A stretch of DNA of 63,757 nucleotides, counting the filler. It is 5 parts of 5 records of this genome, joined end to end, with 100 filler letters (N's around TTAATTAATTAA, not from the genome) between each part and the next. Parts side by side here need not be neighbours in the genome. Positions count along the whole stretch, not along the records: positions 1 to 25,096 come from DRR723986_2434; 4 more parts are not named here. One strand, written 5' to 3'. Below are positions 1 to 10,286 of the stretch, piece by piece. Every line of letters starts with the position of its first letter. Positions within the stretch are counted from its first letter, which is position 1. A program made the position numbers and the translations under genes. A model generated the notes under the pieces. The model was not told the DNA's origin and ran no database searches. It saw nothing but the letters and a program-made list of their open reading frames with translations.

Positions 1-669
1 GTCAACGTGCCGCGCATCAAGGGCAGCCACAACGCCATCCTGACCGGCATGATGGGCGCCGAAGCGGCCTTCGCCGCCATCAAGGATGGCCGTCAGGGCG
101 ATACGCTCGACAGCTATGAAGAGGCCTACACGCAGTCGTCGGTCTACAAGGAGCTGAAGGTCGTCCGGAACGTGAAGCCGCTCTGGTCGAAACTCGGCAC
201 CGCGATCGGCATCCCGATGGGCGGCATCGAAATGTGGATCTCCAGCCTGCTGGGCGGGTTCTCCTTCTTTGGTACGCTGAAGCATGGCAAGTCCGATGCG
301 AAATCGCTGAAGCCGGCCAAGAACTTCAAGCCGATCGAGTATCCGAAGCCCGATGGCGTGATCAGCTTCGACAAGCTGACCAACGTCTCCTTCACCAATA
401 CCTATCACGAGGAAGACCAGCCGGTGCACCTGAAGGTCGCCGACATGGCCCTGCAGAAATCGTCCGAGCACGATGTCTTTGCAGGCCCGTCCGCACGTTA
501 CTGCCCGGCCGGCGTGTATGAGTGGATCGAGGAAGGCGGCGAGCTGAAGTTCCAGATCAACTCGCAGAACTGCATCCACTGCAAGACCTGCGATATCAAG
601 GACCCGAACCAGAACATCAACTGGACGGTTCCGGAAGGCGGCGGCGGCCCCGCATACCCGAACATGTGA
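1..669 (+). CDS. Electron transfer flavoprotein-ubiquinone oxidoreductase, 5'-truncated at window edge
   Basis: Frame open from base 1 (VNVPRIKGSHNA). C-terminal 4Fe-4S motifs RYCPAGVYE and NCIHCKTCDIKDP, ending in the ETF-QO terminus EGGGGPAYPNM. Confidence 0.95.
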   Translation, partial: VNVPRIKGSHNAILTGMMGAEAAFAAIKDGRQGDTLDSYEEAYTQSSVYKELKVVRNVKPLWSKLGTAIGIPMGGIEMWISSLLGGFSFFGTLKHGKSDAKSLKPAKNFKPIEYPKPDGVISFDKLTNVSFTNTYHEEDQPVHLKVADMALQKSSEHDVFAGPSARYCPAGVYEWIEEGGELKFQINSQNCIHCKTCDIKDPNQNINWTVPEGGGGPAYPNM

Positions 670-762
670 TTGGACCGTTACCGGCGATCGTGTTGCAGCC
701 CGTTCCTGACCAGGAGCGGGCTGTTCCGCTTCTGCACTCCGCATTGAGGATGGCAGGGGGCG

Positions 763-1446
763 ATGATGGATGTGACCAGACGATTGCTGGCAGAGTTTCT
801 GGGGGCGGCCTTGCTGGCAGGCGTGGTCATTGGTTCCGGTATTCTCGCCCTTGGGGTCAGCGCCGGGAATGATGGCGTCGCCCTGCTTGGCAATACGGCG
901 GCAACGGCCGCGATCCTTTGGGTGCTTGTCGCCACGCTCGGCCCGGTTTCCGGCGCGCATTTCAATCCTGCCGTGACGCTGGCCTTTGCTGCCCGCCGGG
1001 AGATTTCTGCGACGATGGCGCTGGTTTATGTCCCGGTCCAGGTGGCGGGCTGCGTCGCTGGCGGCCTGCTGGCACACGCCATGTTCGAGCTGCCGCTGAT
1101 CCAGGTTGCGATGACCGACCGGTCCGGACCTGCCAAGATGTTGTCGGAAGGCGTGGCGACATTCGCGCTTGTCTTCGCCATCTTCGGTGCGATCCGATAT
1201 GCGCCCAAAGCGGTTCCGGCGGCGGTCGCGCTGGTGATCGCGGCCGGGTATTGGTGGACGGCGTCCACGAGTTTCGCCAATCCGGCGATCACGATCGCGC
1301 GATCCCTGTCCGACACGTTTGCCGGTGTCCGCCCAACTGACGTGCCGGGCTTCCTGATTGCGCAGCTTGCCGGGGCGCTATTGGCCACCAGTGCCTGCGC
1401 TGTTCTGTTCGTGCCGGGCACCGATGCCGCAAGCCTGGCAGATTAA
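763..1446 (+). CDS. MIP/aquaporin family channel (AqpS-like subgroup)
   Basis: AEFLG in TM1, two NPA boxes (GAHFNPAVT; TSFANPAITIARSLSDTFAG), about six hydrophobic helices. Confidence 0.9.
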   Translation: MMDVTRRLLAEFLGAALLAGVVIGSGILALGVSAGNDGVALLGNTAATAAILWVLVATLGPVSGAHFNPAVTLAFAARREISATMALVYVPVQVAGCVAGGLLAHAMFELPLIQVAMTDRSGPAKMLSEGVATFALVFAIFGAIRYAPKAVPAAVALVIAAGYWWTASTSFANPAITIARSLSDTFAGVRPTDVPGFLIAQLAGALLATSACAVLFVPGTDAASLAD

Positions 1447-1562
1447 GCCCCTGTTTATGAACAAGGCAGCAAACCTGCCTTGTTCAACATGTGGCTGCCT
1501 TGCTCTTGCCGTACGGGGCTGCTTCAGTTGATGTATCAGCTAGGCTGGAGACCGGAGAGCCC

Positions 1563-3500
1563 ATGCGCCTCAAGAATTCTGTCGCGGCAAGTGCGCTTGT
1601 CCTGTCGCTTTCCCTGTCCGTATCGCTGGGGGCGTGTGCCGCTGCTCCGGCACCGGCATTGGTCGAGACCCTGCCGGAAGATACCGTCATTGCCGAGACC
1701 TATGCCGTCCTGTCCGACGCTGCGCGCGCAACGTCGGTTCTGGATGAACGTGGCAAGCCGGTCGGGCCGGATGCCTATGCCGTTCCGTCAGATGCGGTGA
1801 AGGCCGGCGACATGGCCGCCTTCCTCACGCTGACCCGCGAACTGGACATGGAAGACCGCGATGCCAGCCCGCTGTTTGATGCCTTCATCGCGCTGGACGA
1901 GGCGGCGGCTGGCCGGATGGAAGAAGCCCGCCAGACACTGGCAGACGCGAGCGCCCGGTCCGGCGAGACCGGCGAAACCAGTTTCTACATTTATCTCGAT
2001 GCCTGGCTGCTCGCCATGGAAGGCAAGGCGGACGAGGCGATCAACCGTCACCGCGGCGCCGCCAGCGGCATGCCGGGCCTGACCGGAGACCTGTCGCTGG
2101 CCGCGATGCTGGATGCGCTCGGCCGGCCGGAACAGGCGCTTGCGGTCTATGAGTCGATGACGCCGTCGAAGATCGAGGCGCCCGAGCATGAGTTTGACCC
2201 CAAGGGGCTCCTCTATAGCCACATCCGCACCGTGGTTTCCCGTCATGCCCTGCTGCTGCAGCGGCTGGGCCGGATCGAAGAAGCGAAGGCCGTGTATCAG
2301 AAGCTGGCCGACGCCGAACCGGAGGAGGCGATCAGCTACGCCGCCGCCATGGATAGCCTGGAGACCGGCAAGAATCTGCGGAACCAGCCTCAGTCCGTGG
2401 CCGAAGCCTTCAGCCAGTCGCTGTCCGATGTTTCCCGCTCGCTTCAGGAACAGCGTATCATTCGCCGCATCATGATGGGCGGCCGGGTTGACGGCTTTGA
2501 TGACCAGCGGTCTGCCTTCGATCAGGTGGCGCTGCTGATTTCTCCGAAAAATGAAGACTTGCGCTCCGGCATCATCGACGAGATGTATGCCAGCGCCCTT
2601 TATGATGGCGTGGCCCATGTCGCGAACACAGCGCCCGAGGCGACCGCATCCCTTCAGATCGCGGCGGCGCAGGCGAAGCTCATGTCGGGGCAGGAGGATG
2701 CCGCCCGCGCAGCAATCGACCGGGCGCTCAGCCTCACCGACGATGATGACAAGCTCTCGACGCTCTATGGCGCGCTCCAGCTGCACTCGCGCATGAATGA
2801 CGAACAAGCGTCGCGGAAACTGATCGAGCAAGTGATCGCCATGTCGGACAATCCGGCAGAGAAGGCGGCAGCGCACGGTCTGGCGACCGACATATTCAAT
2901 CAGTTCGGCGACTCCCAGCAGGCCGTCGAGCATGCCGAACAGGCCCGTGATCTCGACGATACGCACGACCGCCGTGTCGTGCTGGCCGATGCACTTGGTC
3001 GGAACGGCCAGATCAATGAGGCCCTCGCTATCCTCCGGACCGAGCGGCTGTCCCGCCCGAACGATCCATACATGCTGAACACGCTCGGCTACTTCCTGAT
3101 CGAGCGGACGGACAAGCTGGAAGAAGGCTTCAAAGTGCTCAGCCGTGCCCGCGCCATGGCAGAGCGCGACCCTTATATCGCGGATTCGCTCGGTTGGGCC
3201 TATTTCAAGCTGGGCCATCTCAGCGAGGCCAAGCGCCTGATCGAACTTGCCCGCAAGGAGCTCGAGCCGCACCAGCATTGGGAGATCGAATCCCATCTGG
3301 GGGACATCTACTGGTACATGGATAACAAGGACGCGGCGGCAGAGGCCTGGCAGACAGCGCTGGACAACCGCCCGCCTGCCGCTGAGAAGGCCGCCTTGAT
3401 AGACCGGCTGGAGAATGGGCTCAGTGAGCCGGAGCCGGAACGCAAGGCGCTTCCGGATGTGTCGCTGACAGACGGCGAAGTCGACCGACAGGACATCTGA
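1563..3500 (+). CDS. TPR-repeat lipoprotein
   Basis: ATG 1563 gives a signal peptide with lipobox LGA-C. Helical TPR repeats include LNTLGYFL and YIADSLGWAYFKLG...HLGDIYW. Confidence 0.85.
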   Translation: MRLKNSVAASALVLSLSLSVSLGACAAAPAPALVETLPEDTVIAETYAVLSDAARATSVLDERGKPVGPDAYAVPSDAVKAGDMAAFLTLTRELDMEDRDASPLFDAFIALDEAAAGRMEEARQTLADASARSGETGETSFYIYLDAWLLAMEGKADEAINRHRGAASGMPGLTGDLSLAAMLDALGRPEQALAVYESMTPSKIEAPEHEFDPKGLLYSHIRTVVSRHALLLQRLGRIEEAKAVYQKLADAEPEEAISYAAAMDSLETGKNLRNQPQSVAEAFSQSLSDVSRSLQEQRIIRRIMMGGRVDGFDDQRSAFDQVALLISPKNEDLRSGIIDEMYASALYDGVAHVANTAPEATASLQIAAAQAKLMSGQEDAARAAIDRALSLTDDDDKLSTLYGALQLHSRMNDEQASRKLIEQVIAMSDNPAEKAAAHGLATDIFNQFGDSQQAVEHAEQARDLDDTHDRRVVLADALGRNGQINEALAILRTERLSRPNDPYMLNTLGYFLIERTDKLEEGFKVLSRARAMAERDPYIADSLGWAYFKLGHLSEAKRLIELARKELEPHQHWEIESHLGDIYWYMDNKDAAAEAWQTALDNRPPAAEKAALIDRLENGLSEPEPERKALPDVSLTDGEVDRQDI

Positions 3501-3587
3501 GACCCGCCTCTTTAACGCGCCTGCGGCGCGCCTTACTATCGCCTGAAAAGGCTGCGATTCCGTCTGCAGACGGCAGGGAAAGTATTC

Positions 3588-6248
3588 ATGACTGACGGCA
3601 GATACGAAAGCGTCGAAAATCGCTTCGGAATCAATGGGTTTTACCTGCCTGGACCACGCTGGATGTGGATCTGGATGCGGCGGCTGTTCGTGCTCGGCTT
3701 CGTTCTGGCCATTATCGGCATCATCGCGCTCTGGCTGTACTTCGCTGCGCTCGGCCGCACTGTGCCGTCGATTGCCAAATTGAAACAGTATGAGCCGCCG
3801 ATCACCTCCCGGGTCCATGCCGGGGACGGGACGCTGATTGCGGAATTTGCCGATCAGCACCGCGTTTTCGTGCCCTACGAGTCGATCCCCACCCACGTTG
3901 TCGAAGCGTTCGTGGCGGCCGAAGACAAGAACTATTTCCACCACAATGGCCTGGATTATGTCGGCATCCTTCGGGCCGGCATCAATTCGGTGAAGAACAA
4001 GATCACCGGCAAGGGCGGCCTGCAGGGCGGATCGACGATCACCCAGCAGGTGGCCAAGAACATGCTGCTGACCCGGGACCAGAACCTGAAGCGCAAGGCA
4101 AAGGAAGCCATCGTCGCCCAGCGCATGGAAAAGGAATTCACCAAGGGACAGATCCTCGAACTGTACCTCAACGAAATCTATCTCGGCGGGCGGTCCTATG
4201 GCGTCGGTTCGGCGGCGCTGAACTATTTCAACAAATCCCTGCCGGAGCTGGACCTGTCCGAAGCGGCTGTGCTCGCATCGCTGGCCAAGGCGCCATCGGC
4301 AGTCAATCCGTACACAAACCCGAAACGCCTTCTGGCCCGCAGGAACTATGTGCTCGGACGCATGATCGAAGATGGGTACATCACCCAGGAAGAAGCCGAT
4401 GAGGCGAAAGCGAAGCCGCTCACCACGACGCGCCGCCTGAAAGGGCCGGAATATGTGGCCGCGACGTATTTCGTCCAGGAACTCCGCCGCGACCTGATCA
4501 AATCCTACGGTGAGGAAACGCTGGAGCAGGGCGGGCTTTCGATCCGTTCCACGATCGATACCCATCTGCAGCTCGCCGCCCAGCAGGCGCTGCGCAATGG
4601 CCTGATCGCCTATGACCGCCGCCATGGTTGGCGCGGCCCGGTGACCACAATTGATCCCGGCGACGGCGCGCAGGAGGCGCTGAAGGAAGTGAAGCTGCCA
4701 GGCGGCTATGGCACTTGGGAAGCGGCCATGGTGCAGAAGGTCTCCCGGTCTGGCGCAACACTTCTCCTCACCGATGGCGCGACCATCAAGCTGCCGACCG
4801 AAGAAGTTGAATGGGCCAACACCTACAAGCCGCAGGACGGCAAGGCCGGGCTTCAGGTCGGGCAGGTCGTTCTGGCCGAGCTGAAGCGGCAGGTGCTGAA
4901 TGCTGACGAGACATTGGCGCCGCGGTCCGAGGAAACGGAATACGATCCGGAAGGCAATGAGATCGACGAGGGCGAGATTGAGCCGATGCTGGTGCCGGTG
5001 GGCAATGCCACGCTGCGCCAGGTGCCGGAAGTCGATGGCGCGCTGATCGCACTTGACCCGCACACCGGCCGGATCCTTGCCATGCAGGGCGGCTATTCCT
5101 TCTTCAAATCCAGCTACAACCGCGTCACCCAGTCCAAACGCCAGCCGGGTTCGAGCTTCAAGGCGTTCGTCTACGCCGCCGCTCTGGAAAAAGGCTACAC
5201 GCCGGCAACGCGGATGCTGGATGCGCCCTTTGTGTCCTTTGATGTATCGACGGGCGATTACTGGCGCCCATCCAACTATACCGAAGGCCGGTCCTACGGG
5301 ATGGTCACGCTGCGCATCGCGCTCGAGAAATCGCTGAACCAGGTGACCGCGCGTGTGGCGCAGGATATTGGCATGGAAGCCGTCAGCGATCTGGCCGTCC
5401 GGATGGGCATCTATGATGAGTTGCCGCCATATGCGGCCATGTCTCTCGGCGCGGGCGATGCTTATCTCATCGACATGGCGCGCGGTTATGCCGGGTTCGT
5501 CAATGGCGGCAAGAAGATCACGCCGACCCTGCTGGACCGGGTTCAGGACCGTCATGGCCGTACGCTGTTCCGTCATGACGAGCGGGCTTGCGAAGGCTGC
5601 CAGTCCGAGGAGTGGGACGGCCAGGAGCCGCCGCAACTGGCCGAGGTCGGCGAGCAGGTACTCGACCCGATTGTTGCTTACCAGATCACCCACATGCTGG
5701 AAGGCGTCGTCGAGCGCGGCACCGGCCGCCGGGCCCTTCGGGTTGGCAAGCCGCTGGCCGGCAAGACCGGGACAACCGATGACTATCGAGATGCCATCTT
5801 CATGGGCTTCTCGCCTGACCTTGTTGTCGGTGTGCGGGTCGGCTTCGATGACAACCGCACGCTTGGGGAAGGCGAAGCAGGCGGCTCTGTCGCTGCGCCG
5901 ATCTTCACCGAGTTCATGGAGAAGGCGCTGGCTGACCAGGCCGCTATTCCGTTCCGCATTCCGCCCGGCGTGCGCCTGGTGAAGATCGATGCCCGTACTG
6001 GTGAGCTGCCGGGGCCGGACACAAGCGTCATCATTGATGAAGCCTTCCGTCCGGGTACGGAACCGGGGCTTTCGGCCTTCAATGGAAGTGACGATTGCCT
6101 GTCGATTTCCGGTAGCTGCGGCACCGGCAGCAGCTCGGGAAGCGTGTCCGGTTTTGACCCCGAACGCGATGCCGGTGTTGTTCCGGAAGATGACCCGATG
6201 CAGCCGCAGGAGCAGGTTGTCACCGGGGACCTCGACGGCACTTACTGA
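3588..6248 (+). CDS. mrcA: Penicillin-binding protein 1A (transglycosylase/transpeptidase)
   Basis: N-terminal TM anchor. GT51 motifs EDKNYFHH, GGSTITQQVAKN, RKAKE and YLNEIY. Transpeptidase motifs SxxK (SSFK), SxN (SLN) and KTG. Confidence 0.93.
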   Translation: MTDGRYESVENRFGINGFYLPGPRWMWIWMRRLFVLGFVLAIIGIIALWLYFAALGRTVPSIAKLKQYEPPITSRVHAGDGTLIAEFADQHRVFVPYESIPTHVVEAFVAAEDKNYFHHNGLDYVGILRAGINSVKNKITGKGGLQGGSTITQQVAKNMLLTRDQNLKRKAKEAIVAQRMEKEFTKGQILELYLNEIYLGGRSYGVGSAALNYFNKSLPELDLSEAAVLASLAKAPSAVNPYTNPKRLLARRNYVLGRMIEDGYITQEEADEAKAKPLTTTRRLKGPEYVAATYFVQELRRDLIKSYGEETLEQGGLSIRSTIDTHLQLAAQQALRNGLIAYDRRHGWRGPVTTIDPGDGAQEALKEVKLPGGYGTWEAAMVQKVSRSGATLLLTDGATIKLPTEEVEWANTYKPQDGKAGLQVGQVVLAELKRQVLNADETLAPRSEETEYDPEGNEIDEGEIEPMLVPVGNATLRQVPEVDGALIALDPHTGRILAMQGGYSFFKSSYNRVTQSKRQPGSSFKAFVYAAALEKGYTPATRMLDAPFVSFDVSTGDYWRPSNYTEGRSYGMVTLRIALEKSLNQVTARVAQDIGMEAVSDLAVRMGIYDELPPYAAMSLGAGDAYLIDMARGYAGFVNGGKKITPTLLDRVQDRHGRTLFRHDERACEGCQSEEWDGQEPPQLAEVGEQVLDPIVAYQITHMLEGVVERGTGRRALRVGKPLAGKTGTTDDYRDAIFMGFSPDLVVGVRVGFDDNRTLGEGEAGGSVAAPIFTEFMEKALADQAAIPFRIPPGVRLVKIDARTGELPGPDTSVIIDEAFRPGTEPGLSAFNGSDDCLSISGSCGTGSSSGSVSGFDPERDAGVVPEDDPMQPQEQVVTGDLDGTY

Positions 6249-6328
6249 CCCTGACGCATTTTGACCCTGCGGGGCAGCTGCGCTATAGGCCCGCCTCGCA
6301 GATTTCATTCTTTCGAAAGGCCGAACAC

Positions 6329-7439
6329 ATGTCCGCAGAAATCAAGTCCCTGATTGACCAGATCCGCTCCTCGGCCGCTCTGCTACGGAGGCGTCTTTGA
6401 CTGGGATACAGCCACAAAACGCCTCGATGAACTGACCGCGCTCTCTGAGAAGCCGGACTTCTGGGACGATCCGCAGGCCGCGCAGGCCATGATGCGAGAG
6501 CGTCAGAAGCTGGCCGAAGGGATTGAAACCGTTCAGGCGCTCGAAAAAGAAGCCGAAGACGCCGGTGAGCTGCTGGAGCTTGCCGAAGGCGACGACGATA
6601 TGGTTGCCGACCTTGAAGCTTCCCTGAAACGCGCCGCTGACCGTGCCGAAAAAGCCGAACTCGCTGCGCTCCTCTCGGGCGAGGCCGACGGCAATGATGC
6701 TTATATCCAGATCAATGCCGGCGAAGGCGGAACCGAAAGCCAGGACTGGGCCTCGATCCTGCGGCGCATGTATGTGCGCTGGGCCGAGAAACACGGCATG
6801 AAGGTCGAGGAGATGGACGAGCGCGAGGGCGAAGAGGCGGGCATCAAATCTGCCACGCTCCAGATCAAGGGCGACAGCGCCTATGGCTGGCTGAAGTCGG
6901 AGCAGGGTGTTCACCGCCTCGTCCGCATTTCGCCGTTCGACAGTTCAGCGCGCCGTCACACCAGTTTTGCCTCGGTCACGGTGACGCCGGTGATCGACGA
7001 CAATATCGAGATCGAGATCGACCCGTCCGATGTGCGCACTGACACTTACCGGGCCTCCGGCGCGGGCGGCCAGCACGTCAACCGGACCGACTCTGCCGTC
7101 CGCCTGACGCACGAGCCGACCGGCATCGTGGTCCAGTGCCAGAATGACCGGTCGCAGCACCGCAACCGCGATCAGGCCTGGCAGATGCTGCGCTCCCGCC
7201 TCTATGAGCTGGAGCTGCAGAAGCGCCGCGAAGTCGCCGATGCGAGCTATGCCGGCAAGACCGATATCGGCTTTGGCCACCAGATTCGCTCCTATGTCCT
7301 GCAGCCATACCAGATGGTGAAGGACCTCCGGACCGAGGTGGAAACCTCTGATACGCAGGGCGTGCTCGACGGCGACATCGACCGCTTCCTGTCTGCCTCA
7401 CTCGCCGCTTCCGTGGCGAAGGATGAGGACGAGGCTTAG
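6329..7439 (+). CDS. prfB: Peptide chain release factor 2, expressed by programmed +1 frameshift
   Basis: ATG 6329 opens 23 codons ending CTT TGA C (6395-6401), with internal SD-like GGAGG just upstream. The +1 frame continues DWDTA... and contains the SPF and GGQ motifs. Confidence 0.96.
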
Positions 7440-7540
7440 AGGGATCGATTTCCCCGAGAAGGGCCGGGCTTGGGTTCCGGGCAGCACGCTTGCCCGGAAA
7501 CGCCCTCGCGCTCCAGCAGATTTCCTGACTGTGGGTCGTT

Positions 7541-8123
7541 TCAGCTCGTGCCGGCAGGCGGCCAGTCGCGCAGGGCTTCAATCAGCTGGACGGTGAGGCC
7601 ACCGGATACGATGCCCAGCGCGGCCCGCATGGCGTGCGTCCGGGAGATCGGCACAATGTAAGGCCTGGCTTCGCCGCCGGCCTTCCAGCTCTGGATCGTG
7701 CGCGCGAGACACTTCGCCCGGCGCCTGCAGAATTTCAGCGTCTCCAGCATCGCCTCCCAGCGGGCGATGAGGGATGCGGCAGGCACAGGTCCGCGCGTCG
7801 GCACAGTGATCGGCCCATGGAGGAAATCCGAAGGGCAGGACGGAGAAGAACGCCTTGCGCGCTTCCGCTTCGTCTTCGGTCTTTTCGAAATAGTTGCTAC
7901 CCGGCCGCGGCTTCACCGGCGCCAGCTCCACCTGCAGCGCCATCAGGAAAATCAGACGACGGAGCAGGACGGCCAGCCGCTTCAGCTCTGCTGACACCCG
8001 GCGTTTCAGAGTCTTCTGGATGAGCTCCGGCGCCTTGAACAGATCCGCATTCACGCCGGCTTCGGCCGCGGCGCGGGCAATCGTCTTAAAAGCGTTCGTG
8101 ATGAAATCGGTGAGGTCTGTCAT
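7541..8123 (-). pseudogene. Hypothetical protein split by an apparent frameshift near 7832
   Basis: MTDLTDFIT... from ATG 8123 has GC3-rich codons up to ...FSVLP (7833). GC3-rich codons then continue in the +1 frame (SDFLHGPITVPTRGPVP...DWPPAGTS*) to 7541. Confidence 0.6.
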
Positions 8124-8368
8124 GCCGGAAAGACTGGCACGAGTGCCTGTGCGGGGGATTGAGGGCCACCTCTGCCGCAAGAAAAGCACCTCTTTGCAAG
8201 AAGAGGTTACCGATCGGGCGTGGCCCGGGTGCAGGGGGCCAGGTGCGGATTTATCCTCCTGTCGGAGGAGCGATAACATCGGCGTGATCGGTTCATCCGG
8301 TGGTGGGGGCGGTTCGTAACAAGCGCACCGATCAAGCCGATCGGCCAGCAAGAAAAAGGGACAATGTA

Positions 8369-9145
8369 ATGCGACTTCATATGATTGCCGCCGCAACTGT
8401 GGCCGGCGCGCTTCTGGCTGCCCCTGGGCATGCCCAAGGCTTCTATGTGTCAGGAACTGTGGGAGCCGCAATGCAATCCGACAGTGACAATTCCGGCGCA
8501 ACCAGTGCCGACTTCCTGACGGGCAATGGCGGTGCGCTGCCTGCCGGTACCCCCATCGCTTCCGGCACGTCTGTCGGTTGGAAAACGGAATTTGACAACG
8601 GCATGTCCTACTCGGCTGCCGTCGGCTATCAGTACTCCCCGGCATTCCGGGCAGAAGTACAACTCGCCATGTCAAAGGCCGATGTTGATACGCACAAGAG
8701 CGTGACGCTCGGCGGCGGTTCCATCGATGCGCTCGATGCTGGCGCCCTCACAGGCTCTGCCGATACGCTGGGCGTGACAGTTTCTGACGTCGTGGCCGAC
8801 GGGCGCGGAGACATCAAGACCACCGCCCTGTTCCTCAACGGCTACTACGATTTCGCCAATGACTCCGGCTTTACGCCTTATGTCGGCGCAGGCATCGGTT
8901 ATGCGAAGACGGATGTGACCTTCAACCCGTCGGGCGTGGGCATCGTGGACGATGACGATAACGGATTTGCCTACCAGGTCATGGCCGGTGCGACCTACAG
9001 CTTCAATGAGCGCTGGGATGTATTCGGTCAGTACACCTATCGTTCGGTTGAGGACGGGAAGTACAAGGTTGATCTGTTCCCGGCGAACCTCGAAGTTGAG
9101 AACAAGGCGAACCTGATCGAAGTGGGCGTCCGCTACAAGTTCTGA
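8369..9145 (+). CDS. Outer-membrane beta-barrel protein (OmpA-like transmembrane/Opa-type)
   Basis: Signal peptide ending AHA-Q; strands NGYYDF, PYVGAGIGY, AYQVMAGATY; C-terminal beta-signal GVRYKF. Confidence 0.88.
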   Translation: MRLHMIAAATVAGALLAAPGHAQGFYVSGTVGAAMQSDSDNSGATSADFLTGNGGALPAGTPIASGTSVGWKTEFDNGMSYSAAVGYQYSPAFRAEVQLAMSKADVDTHKSVTLGGGSIDALDAGALTGSADTLGVTVSDVVADGRGDIKTTALFLNGYYDFANDSGFTPYVGAGIGYAKTDVTFNPSGVGIVDDDDNGFAYQVMAGATYSFNERWDVFGQYTYRSVEDGKYKVDLFPANLEVENKANLIEVGVRYKF

Positions 9146-9162
9146 TCAGTACTTTAAGAGAC

Positions 9163-9193
9163 GCCGCAGGCCCCTGATCGGCGGGCCTGCGGC
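9163..9193. terminator. GC-rich hairpin between convergent genes, likely shared terminator
   Basis: GCCGCAGGCCC...GGGCCTGCGGC inverted repeat between the stops at 9145 and 9208. Confidence 0.6.
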
Positions 9194-9207
9194 ATCGTCT
9201 TGTGATG

Positions 9208-10221
9208 TCATAGCCGGTAGCTGATACGTTCCCCAGCACGGCAGAAGGTATCGAGCTCCTGCAGGCAGAGCAGTTCCATATCACGCACGAGATCGAGCAG
9301 ATTGGTTTCGTCCGCATGGCTCGCAATCTGTTCGATATCGCGGACATATTGCTCAAAGCGGGTCTGTGACTGTTCCTCAATCGACGCATTGTCGAGAATG
9401 GATACGGTTGCACCCGCAATGAACAGGGTGACAGCCAGGAAATCGAGCCAACCGGATGTGGCGGAGCCGTCCAGTCCGGTGAACAATTTGGTCGACAGCG
9501 CAAAGAACGCAAACGCTGCGGCGCTGAGATAGATCATGTCCTGGGAAGAGTAGAAGATGCGCCGCCGGTTGGCGAAATGGGTCAGCTCGCTCTGGGCGAA
9601 CCGTTTCTGATACTGGATACGCAACTCGCCGTAGGCTTCCCTGGTGATCCGGGCGAGGTCCGCATTTGCAGGCTTTTTCGGTGTTCGGGGCAGGGACACG
9701 GCTGCGGCGGGCTGGAAGGCACGAAACACCGAATCCCCGCCGTTAAGCTCGTTTTCGATACTGGCAACCTGCCGCGCGGCAAACTGGTCCGACAGGATTT
9801 CGAGTTCTTTCGCGTCCTGCGCGATGTGACCAAGATGGTAGGCTTGGAATTTCGAACTTCGGAGCCGCTCGACGGCGTAGCGGTTGAGGAGCCACTTTTC
9901 CTTCTGGTGCGTCGTGATCAGGTAGATTTGCAGAACGATGCCAAGGCCAGCCAGCAGGGCGGCCAGGGCACTGGCCAATGGCTGTGCCGGATACGGAGGA
10001 ATGATGATCGCGTCGGCCACCGTATATATCGAGCTGAATGCGATCAGGACGATCGCCAGGCGCCCAAAGCGATGGTAGCGCCGCTTGGCGCGGACGGCCG
10101 CCGCTTCATGCTTGTTGAACGCCTCGTCTATTGCGGGGATCTGGAACAGGGTCTGGACCGGAGCGAACACTTCGGCTGTTGCACTGGTGGGGAAGACATC
10201 GCGATTGGCTATCTGCATCAT
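9208..10221 (-). CDS. Membrane protein with two tandem SLATT/DUF4231-like 2TM modules
   Basis: Module 1: AKRRYHRF-TM-TM-KWLLNRYAVERLRS..FQAY. Module 2: YGELRIQYQ-TM-TM-...RFEQY...LVRDMELLCLQELDTF. Both resemble SLATT patterns; recognised by eye. Confidence 0.65.
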   Translation of the reverse strand: MMQIANRDVFPTSATAEVFAPVQTLFQIPAIDEAFNKHEAAAVRAKRRYHRFGRLAIVLIAFSSIYTVADAIIIPPYPAQPLASALAALLAGLGIVLQIYLITTHQKEKWLLNRYAVERLRSSKFQAYHLGHIAQDAKELEILSDQFAARQVASIENELNGGDSVFRAFQPAAAVSLPRTPKKPANADLARITREAYGELRIQYQKRFAQSELTHFANRRRIFYSSQDMIYLSAAAFAFFALSTKLFTGLDGSATSGWLDFLAVTLFIAGATVSILDNASIEEQSQTRFEQYVRDIEQIASHADETNLLDLVRDMELLCLQELDTFCRAGERISYRL

Positions 10222-10286
10222 ACAATAAATTGTCCCAGAATATCACATGCACGCCCGGTGAGGCGTCGTCTGGCGAAATGTGGATG

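Noticed and set aside
1788-6308. 1506-aa minus-strand ORF (also 20425-22119, 45042-46304, 49400-51049 and similar)
   Set aside because: Antisense shadows of well-supported high-GC3 genes; no recognisable motifs.
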